DNA of 64,000 nt from Strigamia acuminata (lineage: Eukaryota). Below, piece by piece: positions 28,101-43,100 of the stretch; the stretch's first letter is position 1; each line of letters starts with the position of its first letter. The notes below the pieces were generated by a model. The model searched no databases. It saw only the letters and a program-made list of their open reading frames with translations, and was not told where the DNA came from. The stretch covers positions 24,180,001 to 24,244,000 of the forward strand of contig OX442314.1 in the NCBI GenBank assembly GCA_949358305.1, read 5' to 3'. Made by a program: the position numbers and the translations under genes.

Positions 28101-31100
28101 TGGTCTAAATTTCTGCTTAGTGCGCTTTTACTACAGTTCGTGCCCGGTATCTTGATGCCTAATTTATACTGCGCAACCCATTCTGCGCAGCTGATTTCCT
28201 AATTCCAGTCATTATTTAGCAGTGTTAAGGCTAGTTCACAATGCTCCAAATTGGTGTTCACGGTGACGCAAGCCACATTTTGCGCAACAATTTGCGTTGA
28301 AACAGAAAATAGACCTTTGGAAAATCATGATGTAATGCCCTTTGGCTCCGCCCACAATAATGTGCCGTATTTTGAAATTGCATTGAGCTTGCTTGTGTCA
28401 TGTGATATTATCCACCAATCAAAAAGCTTCATCACCTACCTACAACAAAGCACAGCTTTCCTGCGCATGTTGCGTCATAAGAGTATTCTAAATTGGGCAA
28501 GTTTTGATGCGTTGTGAACAGAAACTTCGCACAAAATTTCGGGCAACAATTAAATTTCGCTCGTTGCTTCGCAGCATTGTGAACTAGCCTTAAAGCTTAA
28601 AATTAGGCTTATTAATTCAACTAGAAAATAAATCAACAACAATAAACGCATTAACAAAAGTAATTCACAGCATGGCACCGAAATTTTGTTGCATTTTTTC
28701 CCTTTGTGTGCAACAAGCTTGACAATAGCTGCGTTATCGTAAATACATGCGCAAAATGTAATGGGCAGTTTGAATTTGGCATCAAGAAGCCGAGCGTAAA
28801 TTGCAACTGCATTTGAAAAATCTTTGTCTGAATGCATATTTTAGACAGTCAGTCCGAACTAAAAACGCTGATTAATGACTGTTTATCTGCAATAAATTGA
28901 AAAACGCCAGAAAGCATGTTTAGAACTACATGTTTTGTTATTTAAATGTTGTGTGCATGCCCACTGCAGCTAAAAACAGACTGAATTGGTCGCCATTCAG
29001 TTAGGACCGAGACAATCTGCAGTTTAGCCGACTGGATCAAATGACACCAAATTTACATTCAAAATTCAGAGTTTAAATATGCTGTGTAGTCCAAATGACT
29101 TTTTCAATGCATCTACGCTTTATCTGCCAAATAAAAATCCTAAAATAATTTTTCTTTTTAATTTTTAAAATTCAGTTCAAGTAGTAACGCCCAGAAACAG
29201 TCTGATTAAAAAAAAAAAAACTGCACTCCAATAATAACCATTTATATACTTTAAGACCCAACATTACTGCCATGAGCCTGCTAATCCCATAAGAATTCAT
29301 AACCCTGATGGGTCCCATTTCTTTTTCATATATATATAAAAAAAAAGCATTATTTAAAATTACAACATAAAAAAATTTTTAAAAAATGTTTGCAATCGAG
29401 TAAATATAAACTCCACTCGCTTAATCTTACTTAACAATTTTCACTGTCTCGGAATAATGAGGAGGAATGACCTTCCTGTATTAAACAAACAAAAAATTAC
29501 AAAAAAAAAAAAAAAAAATTAAAAATGAAAACGTTTCTGAATTAATCAACAGGATTAAGGGTTTTAGTGCAACTCAATTGATTTGCAACGTGCGAATTAA
29601 TTTGTCGTTGAAATACACTCATCGCATGTTATCTCACGATTCTATTGACTCGGGTATTAGATATTCAACTGTAGGTAATTAGAAGAGGTTAAATTGTTTG
29701 TTCCCTTTAGGTCACGTGCGTGTCAGTTATAATCGATTAATCTGCAACGAGCAACGCCTCAGATCAAATCACCAATATAAACATACACAATTATATTGTT
29801 TTAGTCGGGTTATTAACGTTTCGTTACGTTGTTTGATTAAAACGTACAAAGAATAAATGAAAATAATTAATTTTGAGCTCACTCGGGATAAGTGACGTTG
29901 GCCGGCAAATGGATGAAACATCGTTGCCGTAAAAGCCCCGCCCATAGCTGAACACCTACGATGCCGAAGATGAAAAACACGAAGAAACATAAGAGCAAAA
30001 CGTTGCCTAACATAGGCAGAGTATCGAGCAGTAACATGACGAGAATGCGCATGCCTGAAATTAGAGAACAGAAAAATTATTCAAATCAAATTGGATTATT
30101 TTTTTTTTTGGAATTTTCAAATTGCTTCATTATTGTTAATTATTATTATTATTACAATTAATAATGGAAAATATATTCCAAATTTTAGTAATTAGTATCA
30201 TCTGTGCTCGCTATGATAAAGCGCACATCACCTAATAAATCAGGCCTCCATTTGCAACTAAATTGGATTTTTACGAAAAAATAATCAATTCCGTAATTTA
30301 ATTTCCATTATCACCACCAGAAAATGTAAAAAAAAAAAAAAATTCGAGAAAAAAAATTTACCGCCCAAAACCAACACTTAAAAATCAAATTAAATATTGA
30401 CATAAACTAATTGGAACACCAAAATCGAACAAAACTAGTGTTGAAACCTACAAAAACGTCGCAATCATTTAGAGAAATACTTCAAACCATGATTATATAT
30501 CATCAACAAGATTGCAATGGCCGCCATATTAGAACCGGACTTCGTGTTGCGCCGAAGCTAATGAGCTGGCAGAGAATTATCGATGTTTGTTTAAAGTGGC
30601 TTCCTATGCAGTTAAATTGTCAGCGGGAGTTAAATTATCACTCGCAATATCACAATAAATGCTGGGGTTATTGGCAGATATTTTTTGACCACAATTTTTT
30701 TCTGCCTGGTTAAATCACGAGTGCTCGAAGCTTTGAAGGGCACGAGTGGTTTACCTTTGACAGGAAAAATGTGTGGTCAATTGCCCGAGCACGTGTGGTA
30801 TTTGAAAAGGAAATTTCATGAATGCGCGTGGAAGTGAGAATGTCGGAATTATAACAAGTGTACGACTTAACCATCTTGTTTAGTGGATTTTGACACTAGG
30901 GTACAGCAGTTGCGCAAATTACCACAGAATTCCGATTTGATTGGCTCAAATGAATCAAATTTTCGGTGTCATTGGTCAATTTACCAACTTAAATAATCAT
31001 TTCAACAACAGTTCATGAAATTCTGGGAAGTAAAATTCTTCCAAAAATGATTAACTAAATCACAAAATCAGAAAATATGAACACTAAAAGCAATGTTCAC

Positions 31101-34100
31101 ACTAGCAGTAAGAATTAACAGTACCATTAGATCAATGTACATGCACGGAATATTTCGAGTGAGATGAAATATTCCGTGTACACAACTGTCATGTAAACAG
31201 GGATGACAAGGATTATTCGAGTAGTGAATAATCCCTCGCAGAAGGTTGTTTAATTCCAGTGAACTTAAACTATTTTTATTGCGCATGCGCGCATCGCTTC
31301 TGGCACTTCCCCATTGGTCGAAAACCGAAAGTGATCACGAATTATTTTCTGCATATAAACACAACAATTTGATTTTTTCACTACTCGAATTATTCTCCAC
31401 TCAAAATATTCGGTACAAGTAAACGTAGCAATAGAAAAAATATATCTGCGCTCTTCATTGAAATGCCGAAATTCGAATTGCCAAGATAATTCACTGAAAA
31501 CCATTCCCAGAACACCGTGACAATTCATCAAAAATCAAAACCAGGACATCTGGTCACCCTGATAGTGAGAGACGTATATAACTGATTTGTGAGTAAAATA
31601 GTAAATCCGGCCATGTGCATAATATGGCCCCATTGAGGTCAATGGGAGGGCAGGGGAGCTGGTACAGAGCCCTATGTGCTACAAGCAGACTAAACAAAAT
31701 TGGCGCTGTCCTATTGATACCACGCTACAAGAATAATATATCGCCGTATACCCGGTGGCCCAAATAAAACCGACTCGACAATACACACGTACGACGTCAT
31801 TCCCATTGAATAACATGTTATTCAATGAATGAGAATGACGTCACGTACAAACACGAAACGAGTTTTGCATACGTTTTAGAGTTTTTGAATGCAGCTAGTG
31901 TCTCAAAAAATGTAAACTCTGTTTAATTAAATATACATTAATCATTAGTTGTGGGCAGTGTTGTTTAATTAACGTTTCTGGTGCAGTTGTTTTTGTTCTT
32001 TCGTTTGGTGTTTAGTTTTTGGCGATCCGAGCTTTCGCTTGCGAGATATTTGCAATTTTAATAAAATTCCAATTTGCCAAGTTTGATTGCACTAGTCATT
32101 CCTGAATTTCAAATTTTGTAAAAACCGGTGAATTTTTATCCGGTCTAGCCCGACAATTTTTTTTATATACAGGTCCTAAACCTGTTCTCCGGGACCCTGA
32201 GCCCTTATTTGACTTCTCAACCATTACTTCCTTGCTGCTACTGCTTGCATGAACCCTATAGCTTGAAACTAAATCCCCATTTTTAATGCAATATATCAGA
32301 TAAGAGCTGATAAAATATTCCCACTTGAATTCCAAAGGAACAATTCATTGTAATGAACCATTACAGAGGTGCTTAGCGAATGTCTTTATTGCTGGCACGG
32401 AAACGAGGATTTAAATTTCTCAAATGCACACGTGGGATTTCTCAATTCTGCTAGTTTGCACAAGTAAAATTTAAAACTTACTCGGAATCCGATTGATCGC
32501 TCGAAGAGGCCTTAAAACACGTATCGTACGAATGGCTGACAAATTCATGTTTTCCATGTCCAAACAATATTCGATAGCGCTGAAAAACAATAAAAACAAT
32601 TCAAATAACTGTCACTCAACCAGTTTCATAACGCAAGATTTAATCTCAAGTAGTCTGCTCACCCAGCCATGACGATGAAACAGTCCAGTCGATTCCAAGT
32701 CTCAGCTAAATATGCTCCTTTCCCCCACATTCCCATGGCAATCATCTTGATCATCATTTCCACGGCGAAGAAGGTAAAGATGACGTCATCGAACATCTGC
32801 AACAGCAATTACAAAACGAGTAATTAGCGGAAATTAGATGAAATATTCAAAACACAAGTCAATATGTCGTTTATCTTTTATACTACTCGAAGAAATGCAG
32901 AATTATTTTCGACAAAACTGCATTTTAAATGCAAGTTAAACATGCCTTTACTGTATGAATGTGCCTAGTAACCAATTTAATTAATATTTATTGTAAACGA
33001 ACAGCTTGCAATAACTTTTCATCAATGCATTTTTTTTGCAAAGTATTAGAATTTGTGGTTGTTCCTATTGCATTAATTAAGACAAATTCAACTGCTTATC
33101 AAACCTTCATCTCAGCTCTTAAAATACTTCCTTTGTGGTTATTTTAATTCTGTTAAGTGTTCCTTTATAATTGCTGTCTACAAGTCACATTGCAATAAAA
33201 CATTTAGCACAACATAAATCTGTGAAATATTTCGTTTGTCACACTTAAAATGCTTTTGCTGAAAATATAGAAACATTTTGACATTACTCGCATCTGCTTC
33301 CGCTGCTCATTTATTTTTATTTTTATTATTTTTTTCCACTTTTTTTTAGCTTTGACGTGTTGTTTTGTCTTTCGACTTTGTTTCTTTACGTCTACATTGT
33401 CTGTTTTGTTTTTCTTTCTGTCAGATCATGGCATATATGGCCTTAGAGGTTTGCTTGAGACAATAAAACCAATTCTCACTCTCTTCTTTAAGTGTGACAT
33501 CACGTCCATAGACAGGCCTGCCTTAGCAATTGTAAAGCCCAATTTCGACCATTCAGGGAGGGCCACTTGGGAGTGGGGCAACTGCAAATCTTCGACTCCA
33601 GAAAAGGCCCTTATTTCATTATCAGTGGCCCCACCTACAGTTCGTGCCTAGTATCTTGATGCCAAATTCATGCTGCGCATCCCATTCTGCACAGTCGATT
33701 TCCTAATTTCCAGTCGTCATTTAGCAATGTTATGCCTAATACTGTTCAAATAAATGAAATAAGCAGCAAATAAACTCATTAACAAAAGTAATTTACAGCA
33801 TGGTACCAAAATTTTGTTGCTTTATTTCCTTTGTGTGCAACAAATTTGATAATCGTTATGTTAAATGCACAGTTTGAATTTGGCACCAAGATACAAACTG
33901 TAACTTCTGCTCGATTTGCAAGAATTGGACCAATTTCCTTATATAAATACCGTATTTTATCGATTAGGAGCCACGGCTCTTATTCAAAACTGCCATTTTT
34001 GTCAGCAATTACAATTCCGGTTTTTCGTTTGTTAAACAATACCGTACTTTTGCAAAAATACGGTATTCTTGGTGTCTTAGCCGCGGCTACTATTCGAGAG

Positions 34101-37100
34101 CGACTCTTAATCGGTAAAATACGGTATATATAGTTTATACAGACAGACTACTTTTCTCATTCAATTACTATTCGCTCTAGGTGCTTCCATCGAGGCGAAA
34201 TGCATCCCTCTAATGGAAGTGGCACAGCAAACCACTAATGAATTTTTCATTCGTCAAACACACCGATTGCAGCAAATCAAATTAAGCACAAAAAATTGGC
34301 CATTAATTGAGTTATATATGTGCAGATTTGAGTCTGTTTACGTCGTTTTTGTTCCTACTATTTTGCAAAACATTAATTCAAAGATTTACAATTAGTTTCC
34401 TGCGGAAGTGTAATTTAATGAAAAGTCAGAGTCACCACCGGCAAAATGACACACTTGAATAAACAGACGTTAGATGCCACTGAGTTGGAGACTTGAAGTT
34501 GAAGAGAAGGGAGAAAAAAAAAGCCTTGGGAGTTGTTATCAACAAAGTCTTACAATTTTAGGTTGCTATGGAATGGCTTGTCATACATTTCCGTTGCTAA
34601 GACAAGAAATGGCAAAACCAAGAGCAACCGAACTTCACTCGGGGGGCAGGATGCAGATATAAATCCCGTCTCAATCTCAGCTTTTCTCCAGAGTCCCAAG
34701 ACCCAATCGAATAATGTACTTTTGTTGTCTTGAATTTAGCGCCACATTATTTCTTCCAGCTTACACAACAAATCGATGTCGTGCATCGATTAGTAGCCGG
34801 GTTCGAAAATACTCAGAAGGACCAAAAATATATTTTACAATACTCGTATATTACTTGTCAGTTAATGTATTCCAAAATGCATAACATTTCACAGAAATAT
34901 GTATATTATTCGTATATTAACCCTCCCTGCCCCAACCTAGGGTCAATTTTGGATGTACTACATTTTAGCGATTTCATTTTAGCGACACACCATTTTATCG
35001 AAATTATCATTTTAGCGACACAAATCGGCACTAATACTAACACTAATTCCTAAGAAGGGCTAACAAGAGGGGGCTGGGCCCCCCTTAACCCCCCGCGAAC
35101 CTAACCTTGCTGGTTTTTTTATGCAAACCACGTTTTTGAGCCGGCTTGTCGCGGTAAATCGTGTCGCTAAAACGTGATCGCTAAAATGGGACTTTTTGGT
35201 AAAAATCGCTAAAATGAGCGTCGCTAAAATGACTATAACCGCAATTTTGACCTCATGTGTTTTTCAAAAATTCATAAAAAAAAACATTTTTATAGAAATT
35301 CTTTGTTTACCGGCTACTTTTGAATTCAATCTCAATTAATTTTGTCATATACTTACGCTAAATACCAAATTGGTTAAATTTCTTCATAAACATGAAATAG
35401 TCATAGAATAGAATCATTTTCATACAATTTTGGAAAAAAAATTGGGATTTTAAGACAAAAAGGACCTGGATTGGGTAAGGAATTTTTTTTAGAAGTTAAA
35501 TAATGCAATTGAAAAAATTCATTTTAGAAATGCATTCATATTTGACGAATAATAATATTTTTAATACATTTTACATAATGTATTACAAAATGCATTCTCG
35601 CGAAACCCAATGCATTTCAAAATACATTGCAATACATTTCAATACAATTTCGATGTATTTTTGAACCGTATGTGTTATTTACTGAACATCAATAAATGTT
35701 TCAGTAGCTGTTTGACGTCATTTGCATTTACTGTTTTCACTTGCCGCAGTTCTGAACCATTTGGTGTTTTATTTGTTTCTGTTGGCACTTATTCATACCA
35801 TAAAATAAATTTAAAAAAAAATAAAAACCAAAAAGAAAGAATGAAAAACTTCCCTGCCACTCACAGGTGCCTGTTAAGACATCCATTTTCCCAGTACATT
35901 TGTTATTTCACATTCATTCATATGCATACTCGTACTTACCTGGAGGATTTTACAGCGGCTTGTAGAGCACACTTCATCCGTGCACGGTTGGTACATTCCC
36001 AAGGTGACGCAATTCAATAGGATGACCATCATGCTCACCCGCTCAAACCACGTAAAATTTCAGTTAAGAAAAATTTATGACAAATTTGCGGAATACAAAA
36101 AAAAAATCAATGTGCGACACGCGAATAATAAATTAAAATGAGAGCCCGTTTGGTAAACAAATAAAATTCATTCTATTCAAAATAAAAGAAGTAAACAGGA
36201 CCCTAGGGGCTCGAGTATGAGCACAAACAGGTGCGTTTGATGGAGTTGTTGACACGCAAAATTAATTTAAGAAGCACTCAGAGTGAGCTAAACAACAAAG
36301 CAATACGCAACGCTCGTCATTTATTCCTTCTCAGATATTCCGTGTCGAAAATGGACCATTCGCGCGTCGCTTCATAAAAGCCGCCGACGCCGAGCCAAAC
36401 ATGCAATTTTTTTATTTTGACAGTTTTACATTTTTGTCAAACGCCGATGAAAAAACAGCCGATGGTATGAATTTTTCATTGGTAAAAAAAAATAAAATTA
36501 TTAACCTTGCCCTTTAAAACTCTGCCCTTTAAATTCAATCGAACAGATTTTCCCCAGCCCTTGGCCATCACATTTCATTTTCACCACATATTTTCCTTAT
36601 AACAAATTTACTACGAGAATAAAATGACCTGAAAAGCTATTTTAATGTAGAACTACATCTAAGACGACAATCGTGGCAACGGAAATGGAAACCAGCGCCC
36701 TCTGTTGATGGAAATTTACAAAACAGCCAGTCGGCTGACCAGTCAAAACGGAAATAACAATAAAAACACAACCAACAACCCCTCCTCAAGAAGTTCTACG
36801 TTGTGACATAGACTGTGCCCCTTTAAACGCTAAATAAAAAATTTACTTCACTTCCGGATGTATATATAGACATAACCATCCCCGGAAAGAATAATAAAAA
36901 TATTTCCTCGGTTCCCCCGCCTCCATTTTTGCATAACACTGAAAGATAAAATTCTGTCGCTCAATAGAACAACACAAACAAGTCGCAGCGCCTCGTGACG
37001 TTTTGAAAATGTCACCCGATTTTCTCTTCCATGGTGACCCCCAGTTGAATGTAAACAAAGTGCTCAAAGCTCTTCAACTTGTCGTTTAATGCGCAACGAA

Positions 37101-40100
37101 TTCATTCCACTTTCTGCTTGATTTAATCATTAAAAAGAATAAATGTAACTTTATAAATATATATATTGAGCTGAAAAGTTGGTTTTGCTGCCATCTTTGG
37201 CTCGATGTGATCATTTTTCACGTCATTTCTGTCAAGCAGTGCAGTGAAGCATACTTTTCGTTCGAGGCACAAATTAGAAAATATTAGAAACCTTCAGCTA
37301 GACCCCTTTAAAAGAATTACATTTGAGTTACATAACATAAGTTTGAGTGAAATATTGACTTCGATCAACGCTGTAACCTCCGACATTTGACACAACCATT
37401 TTTTTTATTACATTTCACTCTGTCTGATGATTAATTTGTGACTGATCAAGGATAAAGTCGCGATCGAAACTTTAATCAAAAGCGAAAAAGTTTCAAAATC
37501 GATTTCTTAGAAAACTTACTGCGTTATTAATGTCTGCTATCGTCTCAAAATAAACTGATTTTTCGCTTAAAACACGTGAAAATATAATTTAAATAAAAAA
37601 TGATAATTTTTTTTTAATTACTACAATTTTAATTAGTTATTAAAAAAAAAAAATCAGATGACAAAAAAAATCCACATTCGGAAGCTTAGTGAACTTACAA
37701 CCTTTTCTCTAACCGTTTAAATTAGAGTTAAGAGTTTTCTAATTAAAGAAATTTTAGGTAATTGAAGCGAGCAACAATTAAGACTCGGAGACTAGCAAGA
37801 AGTGGTCGCAAGAGGAAAAATTTAGGTCACGGAGTCAAATTGGCAATAACAAGATGTTAGTCTATAAAGCGCATGGCGGGCCACGAGTACGAAGAACTCA
37901 AACCATTTAATCAACAGTGAATAACACAACACCTGTTCCACTAGTTTTGGCAATGGAGCGAGTTATCATCGCAATAAGTAGCTGTGATACTTCAGTTATG
38001 AATGGCTATGTGAAAACAAAGAGTAACAGCAGCTGCACTCTAAGTTTCTCTTTTTTTCTTCATCTGTTTTTGTGCTTCCATAAACGGAACGGACAGCAAA
38101 AACAGCCATAAACCATCACCAAAATTGCACCCAGTACTATTTTGACAATTAGTATGGAGCCCAGTGTTACACGAGCCACATTCATAAAATAAACAACATA
38201 CAGTCGAAACTCGTTATTACGAATCGCAAGGGACCCAAAAATACGATTCGTTATAACGAGAATTCGTTATATCGAAATTTTTTAACATGCTGTTCTATGG
38301 CCGGCCAACCAAACCAGTCATTTTTAGGTACCGTATTTTACCGATTAAGAGTCGCCCTCGAATTGTAGCCGTGGCTGAGACACCAAGAATACCGTATTTT
38401 TGCAAAAGTACGGTATTGTTTCCGTATTTAACCTCACGAATGATGAACGTACGCTTCGTTCATGTCATTCAGACTTCGCTTGTTACATTAAGCAAATGTA
38501 ACAAACGAAAAACATAAATTGTAATTGCTGACAAAAATGGCAGTTTTGAATAAGAGCCGCGCGGTTATAGTCATTTTAGCTCAAAAAAAAGTCCCATTTT
38601 AGCGACACACCATTTTAGCGAACATGTCATTTTAGCGACACAAAAAGCTAGGTTTTAGCGACAAGCCGGCTCAAAAAAGTGGTTTTCATCAAAAAACCAG
38701 TAAGGTTAGGTTCGCGGGGGGTCAAGGGAGGGCGCAGCCCCCTCTTGTTAGCCCTTCTTAGGAATTAAACCTAGGTTTTTGTGTTGCTAAAATGACATGT
38801 TCGCTAAAATGGTGTGTCGCTAAAATGAAATCGCTAAAATGAAATCGCTAAAATGATGTACATCCGAGCCGCGGCTCTTAATCGATAAAATACGGTATTC
38901 GTTATATCGATAATTCGTATATATCGCGATTCGTTATAAAGAGTTTCGACTGTATTATTGTTATTATTATTGTTATTCTTATTATTCTTATCATCTGTTT
39001 TTATTCCGATATTATACAGCCCGTTCTTAGCTGCATTCACCACTTAACATTAATAATATAAACTACTCCGTAATTAAAAAGAAAACGATACAAAATAAGA
39101 CAAAATAAACCCCGACATTTACACATGACTTTTCGAATGCACCTATTGCCTGATTATTGACAGGATTATATGGAAAACCTTTACTTATATTACTTTTTCC
39201 CACTGCATAAAAATGAATAACCTAAAATCAATACTTTATCCTCTTTCCCAAGCCAATCTTGAACTTTTCACCCAAACATTGAAGCGCCTTCACTAAATAG
39301 CCATTTATTGTGGTTATTAGCACCATCAAGCAAAGACTTTGCATGCTTCATTTAATTTACTGTTGGAAATGAGATAAAATCGTATAGCTTCAAGCCCAGT
39401 TTAGATACAAGTAGTATTGCAGCTGAAGATGATAAAAGATTAGAGTTCAAAAGCGCAAAGACATCAGGAGTCTTCTTGGACACTGCCTGACTATACCCAA
39501 GTGGACATTGGAAGCCACTCCTATGCACAACACTATATAAATTACAAACAAAAACATTTAATACTCGTTGTACGTGCAGGTAATAAAAGTGCTAATCGAC
39601 TGTTGAAATATTAAATTATATTTCGAAGACACGGGGGGGTATGAACAACTACATTGCTCCATTATCAATGAATAATACACGACATAATATACTTTCGACA
39701 TGCTTTTTCACTTAACATTGATCAGTTTCTTTGAAAAGCGTTCAAAGAATTGTTGTTTCTATTAGTTTATCTATACTTGATTAATTTATTATATTATAGC
39801 CCATCGCGTTCTATAGTAGAAACACAATGGAAGCGCGCTTAATTTGTCTCGTTTTAGCACGTTTCATGCTTCATTTTAAGAGGGTGTTGCTAAGACATAT
39901 AATTATCGCTTAAAATGCGAAAATGTTTCTATTTTCGTATGTATTCGAGCCATTCACCGCACCGTTGTAATGGGATTAACACCAAACTTTTTCGTCGATT
40001 ACTTTCCTCTCATTAAACAATTATATTGGAGGAAAAAAATTTAAGCCTTGCGACTCTCGGGCCTATAAAATAAATTATAAAATAACAGTATCGATTTTTT

Positions 40101-43100
40101 TCCTTTTTGTTGTTTTGTTAGAACTATAAGCAATGGAAATGGCAATAAAGTCCAGTTTTGTTTCAATTGGCTTTCCGCAAAACCCACATAGATAAAGCAA
40201 ATAATAATTCCGTACTTGCTCGCACTTCGCACCATCAACTTTAGGAAACTAAAGCTACACACACACACACACGAGGTCAAATCCGAATGACATGATACAA
40301 ATACAATGTCCTTATAAATCCTAGCTGAAAAGCTAGCCCCAAAAATGACAAGCACACACGGGTTTCTCATTGTATTACCAACTGTGGAAATATCTCACAA
40401 AAGAAAGGAAACAAGCGAATCAACAACAAGTCAAGTAAAAAGAAAAGAGATTCCAAATGAATTAAATGATTAACGAAAAAGAACGAGCACTGAAGGGCAA
40501 GTTTCGGCTTTGGATTTGCCAAGCCCCCCGTATGGTTCAAAAATATATTTTACAATATATTGCTTTTTACTTAATTAAGTGTATTATTTGTACATAAAAT
40601 AATGCATTTCTTAAGACACGGTGAGCCAGAGAAACCTGATGATTTTGAAAATGTAATTACTCTGTAACTCGGGGGTCGGCAAGTAATTTTAAGTGGGGTC
40701 CGGATACTATTGAAAATTTTTATCGAGGTCCAGAAAAAAAAAGCACTTAAAAACCTAAGAAAACGGAAAAAACACTTAAAAACCAAATAAACCCCCCAAT
40801 AAACACACAAAACCTAAAAAATACAAATAAAACCTAAAAAACATGAAAAAAAACAGGAAAAACAAGAAAAAAAACACTGAAAAACCAAAGAAACCGAGGG
40901 AAAAACATCGCTAAAACGTCTCCGCGGTCCGTATCCAGACCGCGGTCCGCCTATTGCCGACCGCTGCTGTAACTAATACATTTCAAAATACATTGCAATA
41001 CATTTCAAAATACATTGCAATACATTTCAAAATACATTGCAATACATTTCAAAATACATTGCAATACATTTCAAAATACATTGCAATACATTTCAAAATA
41101 CATTGCAATACATTTCAAAATACATTGCAATACATTTCAAAATACATTGCAATACATTTCAAAATACATTGCAATACATTTCAAAATACATTGCAATACA
41201 TTTCAAAATACATTGCAATACATTTCAAAATACATTGCAATACATTTCAAAATACATTGCAATACATTTCAAAATACATTGCAATACATTTCAAAATACA
41301 TTGCAATACATTTCAAAATACATTGCAATACATTTCAAAATACATTGCAATACATTTCAAAATACATTGCAATATAATTCCAATGTATTTTGGAACCATA
41401 TGGGCCAGTATAACAAAATAAAAAAAATCGAGGTTCCATCAGCGAGCATATATCTGCAACTGCAAACTTTATCGACGAGTGACAATGATCGATCGTGACA
41501 CGAGGAATATTGATCATTTTGTACTCGTGAAAGGACCACATGAAAATTTAATATCGGCTGCACAATTTTTATTCTCCACATTCCTTTTTGCGAGTAAAGA
41601 AATGTTAGTAATTAGAATGAAGGATTTGCGCAAGCGTGGACTTTGAGTTGAACCGGGTGTGAACACGGTAGGAAATTGGATGCAATCCTCATTAAGCCGC
41701 AATTCTTCTCATAGAAAATTCGACGCAATTCCATTCATAAGCCCTGATGCTTGTCACAATTAACTTGCCGCTCCACTTGACCGACTAATAACTGAAATGT
41801 TATTACGTCCCGTACCAAACTCACTAATAAACATCCCGACTCCTTAAACCAATAATAAAAGATGAATTCCTTCAATTTTTCATCGAGAAAACATTCTTTA
41901 ATTAAAAAATCCAAACTCCCCAGTGAATATAATAGCATTCTGATGTGTTGACAACTCCTGTGCTAATTTAGCAAAAAATATAACCAAGTAAACGTCTTAA
42001 AAATGTCTTTTAGAGCATATTGTGTTTCACAGGATGTTTTATTACGGTCCCAATGTCCCCTGAATGTGCTGGGTTGGCTTCTACAGGTATTAAAACAAAG
42101 GCAATACCATTAGGGATAGTTATTGGCTATGAAATAAGCCATAATGTATTAATAAAAAATTTATTGTTCTAATAGAAATAGTTTTGCTGCTAAAAACTAA
42201 ACCTAATGTGTGACTAAGTATGGTGAGAGCCATTACTTTATTTTGGGATTGCTTTTAATTTCGGTCTGTGAAAGACACTGGCTTAATTAAGGCAACCTTC
42301 AAGAAAGCAATTTTAGAAAAGTCATTTTTACTCTCATTTACACGACTTTCTGCTTTAATATTTCCAACAATAACAACAACGCATCCAGAATTTAATTAGT
42401 CTCGCATAAACACGTGAAAATACCAACTAATGAATTGAATTTCATTTTTTGCTACATTTAATAATATTAAATACATATAAAAATCAGCAATTTCTTGCTA
42501 CCATTTTATATTTCTCATTATTATTCCAGTTTTACTACCAAATAGCAGCCATAAATATAAGATTGGAGATACAAAATCACTAGATTTCACAATTTCTTGT
42601 AGGAAAAAGCCCTATTAGTCAGCCCTTTTAAAAGATCCAAAATGGCCTCTAAATCAAACCCATTTACTCCCGAACAAAGTCACTAACTTCACCATTAAAA
42701 CTTATCACTCGATGCAACTCCAATTTAAGATATGGGGTAATGGCACCCATAGCCCCTTTTAAGAATTAAAAAGAAAAAAATAATCATAAAAATTTCATTT
42801 TAGAAACCCGGCCACAATTTTCTTTCCCCGCATACTTTTTGCAAAAACATCAAATACTGAATTTGACTTGATAATATTGGACAAGCCATAAATAACATCA
42901 TTTATTTGTTGATATTATACAATTATAAAAATTTCATTTTAGAAACTAGCCGCCCTTTGTCTTCCCGCATGGTTTTCACCGGACCGTGCGGTCACGTAAA
43001 TTTAAACTGTCTATCCTTAGAGTGAAAAAAATAAAAGGCCAGAACTCGTATCTCAACTCATCTTCTCCGTGTCACGGAACACTGGTACATGGATTCCTGA

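Noticed and set aside
40954..41498. CRISPR array or repeat protein (ORFs of 120-155 aa)
   Set aside because: Units are head-to-tail with no unique spacers, there are no cas genes and the DNA is eukaryotic; the ORFs arise because the 22-mer lacks stops on that strand.
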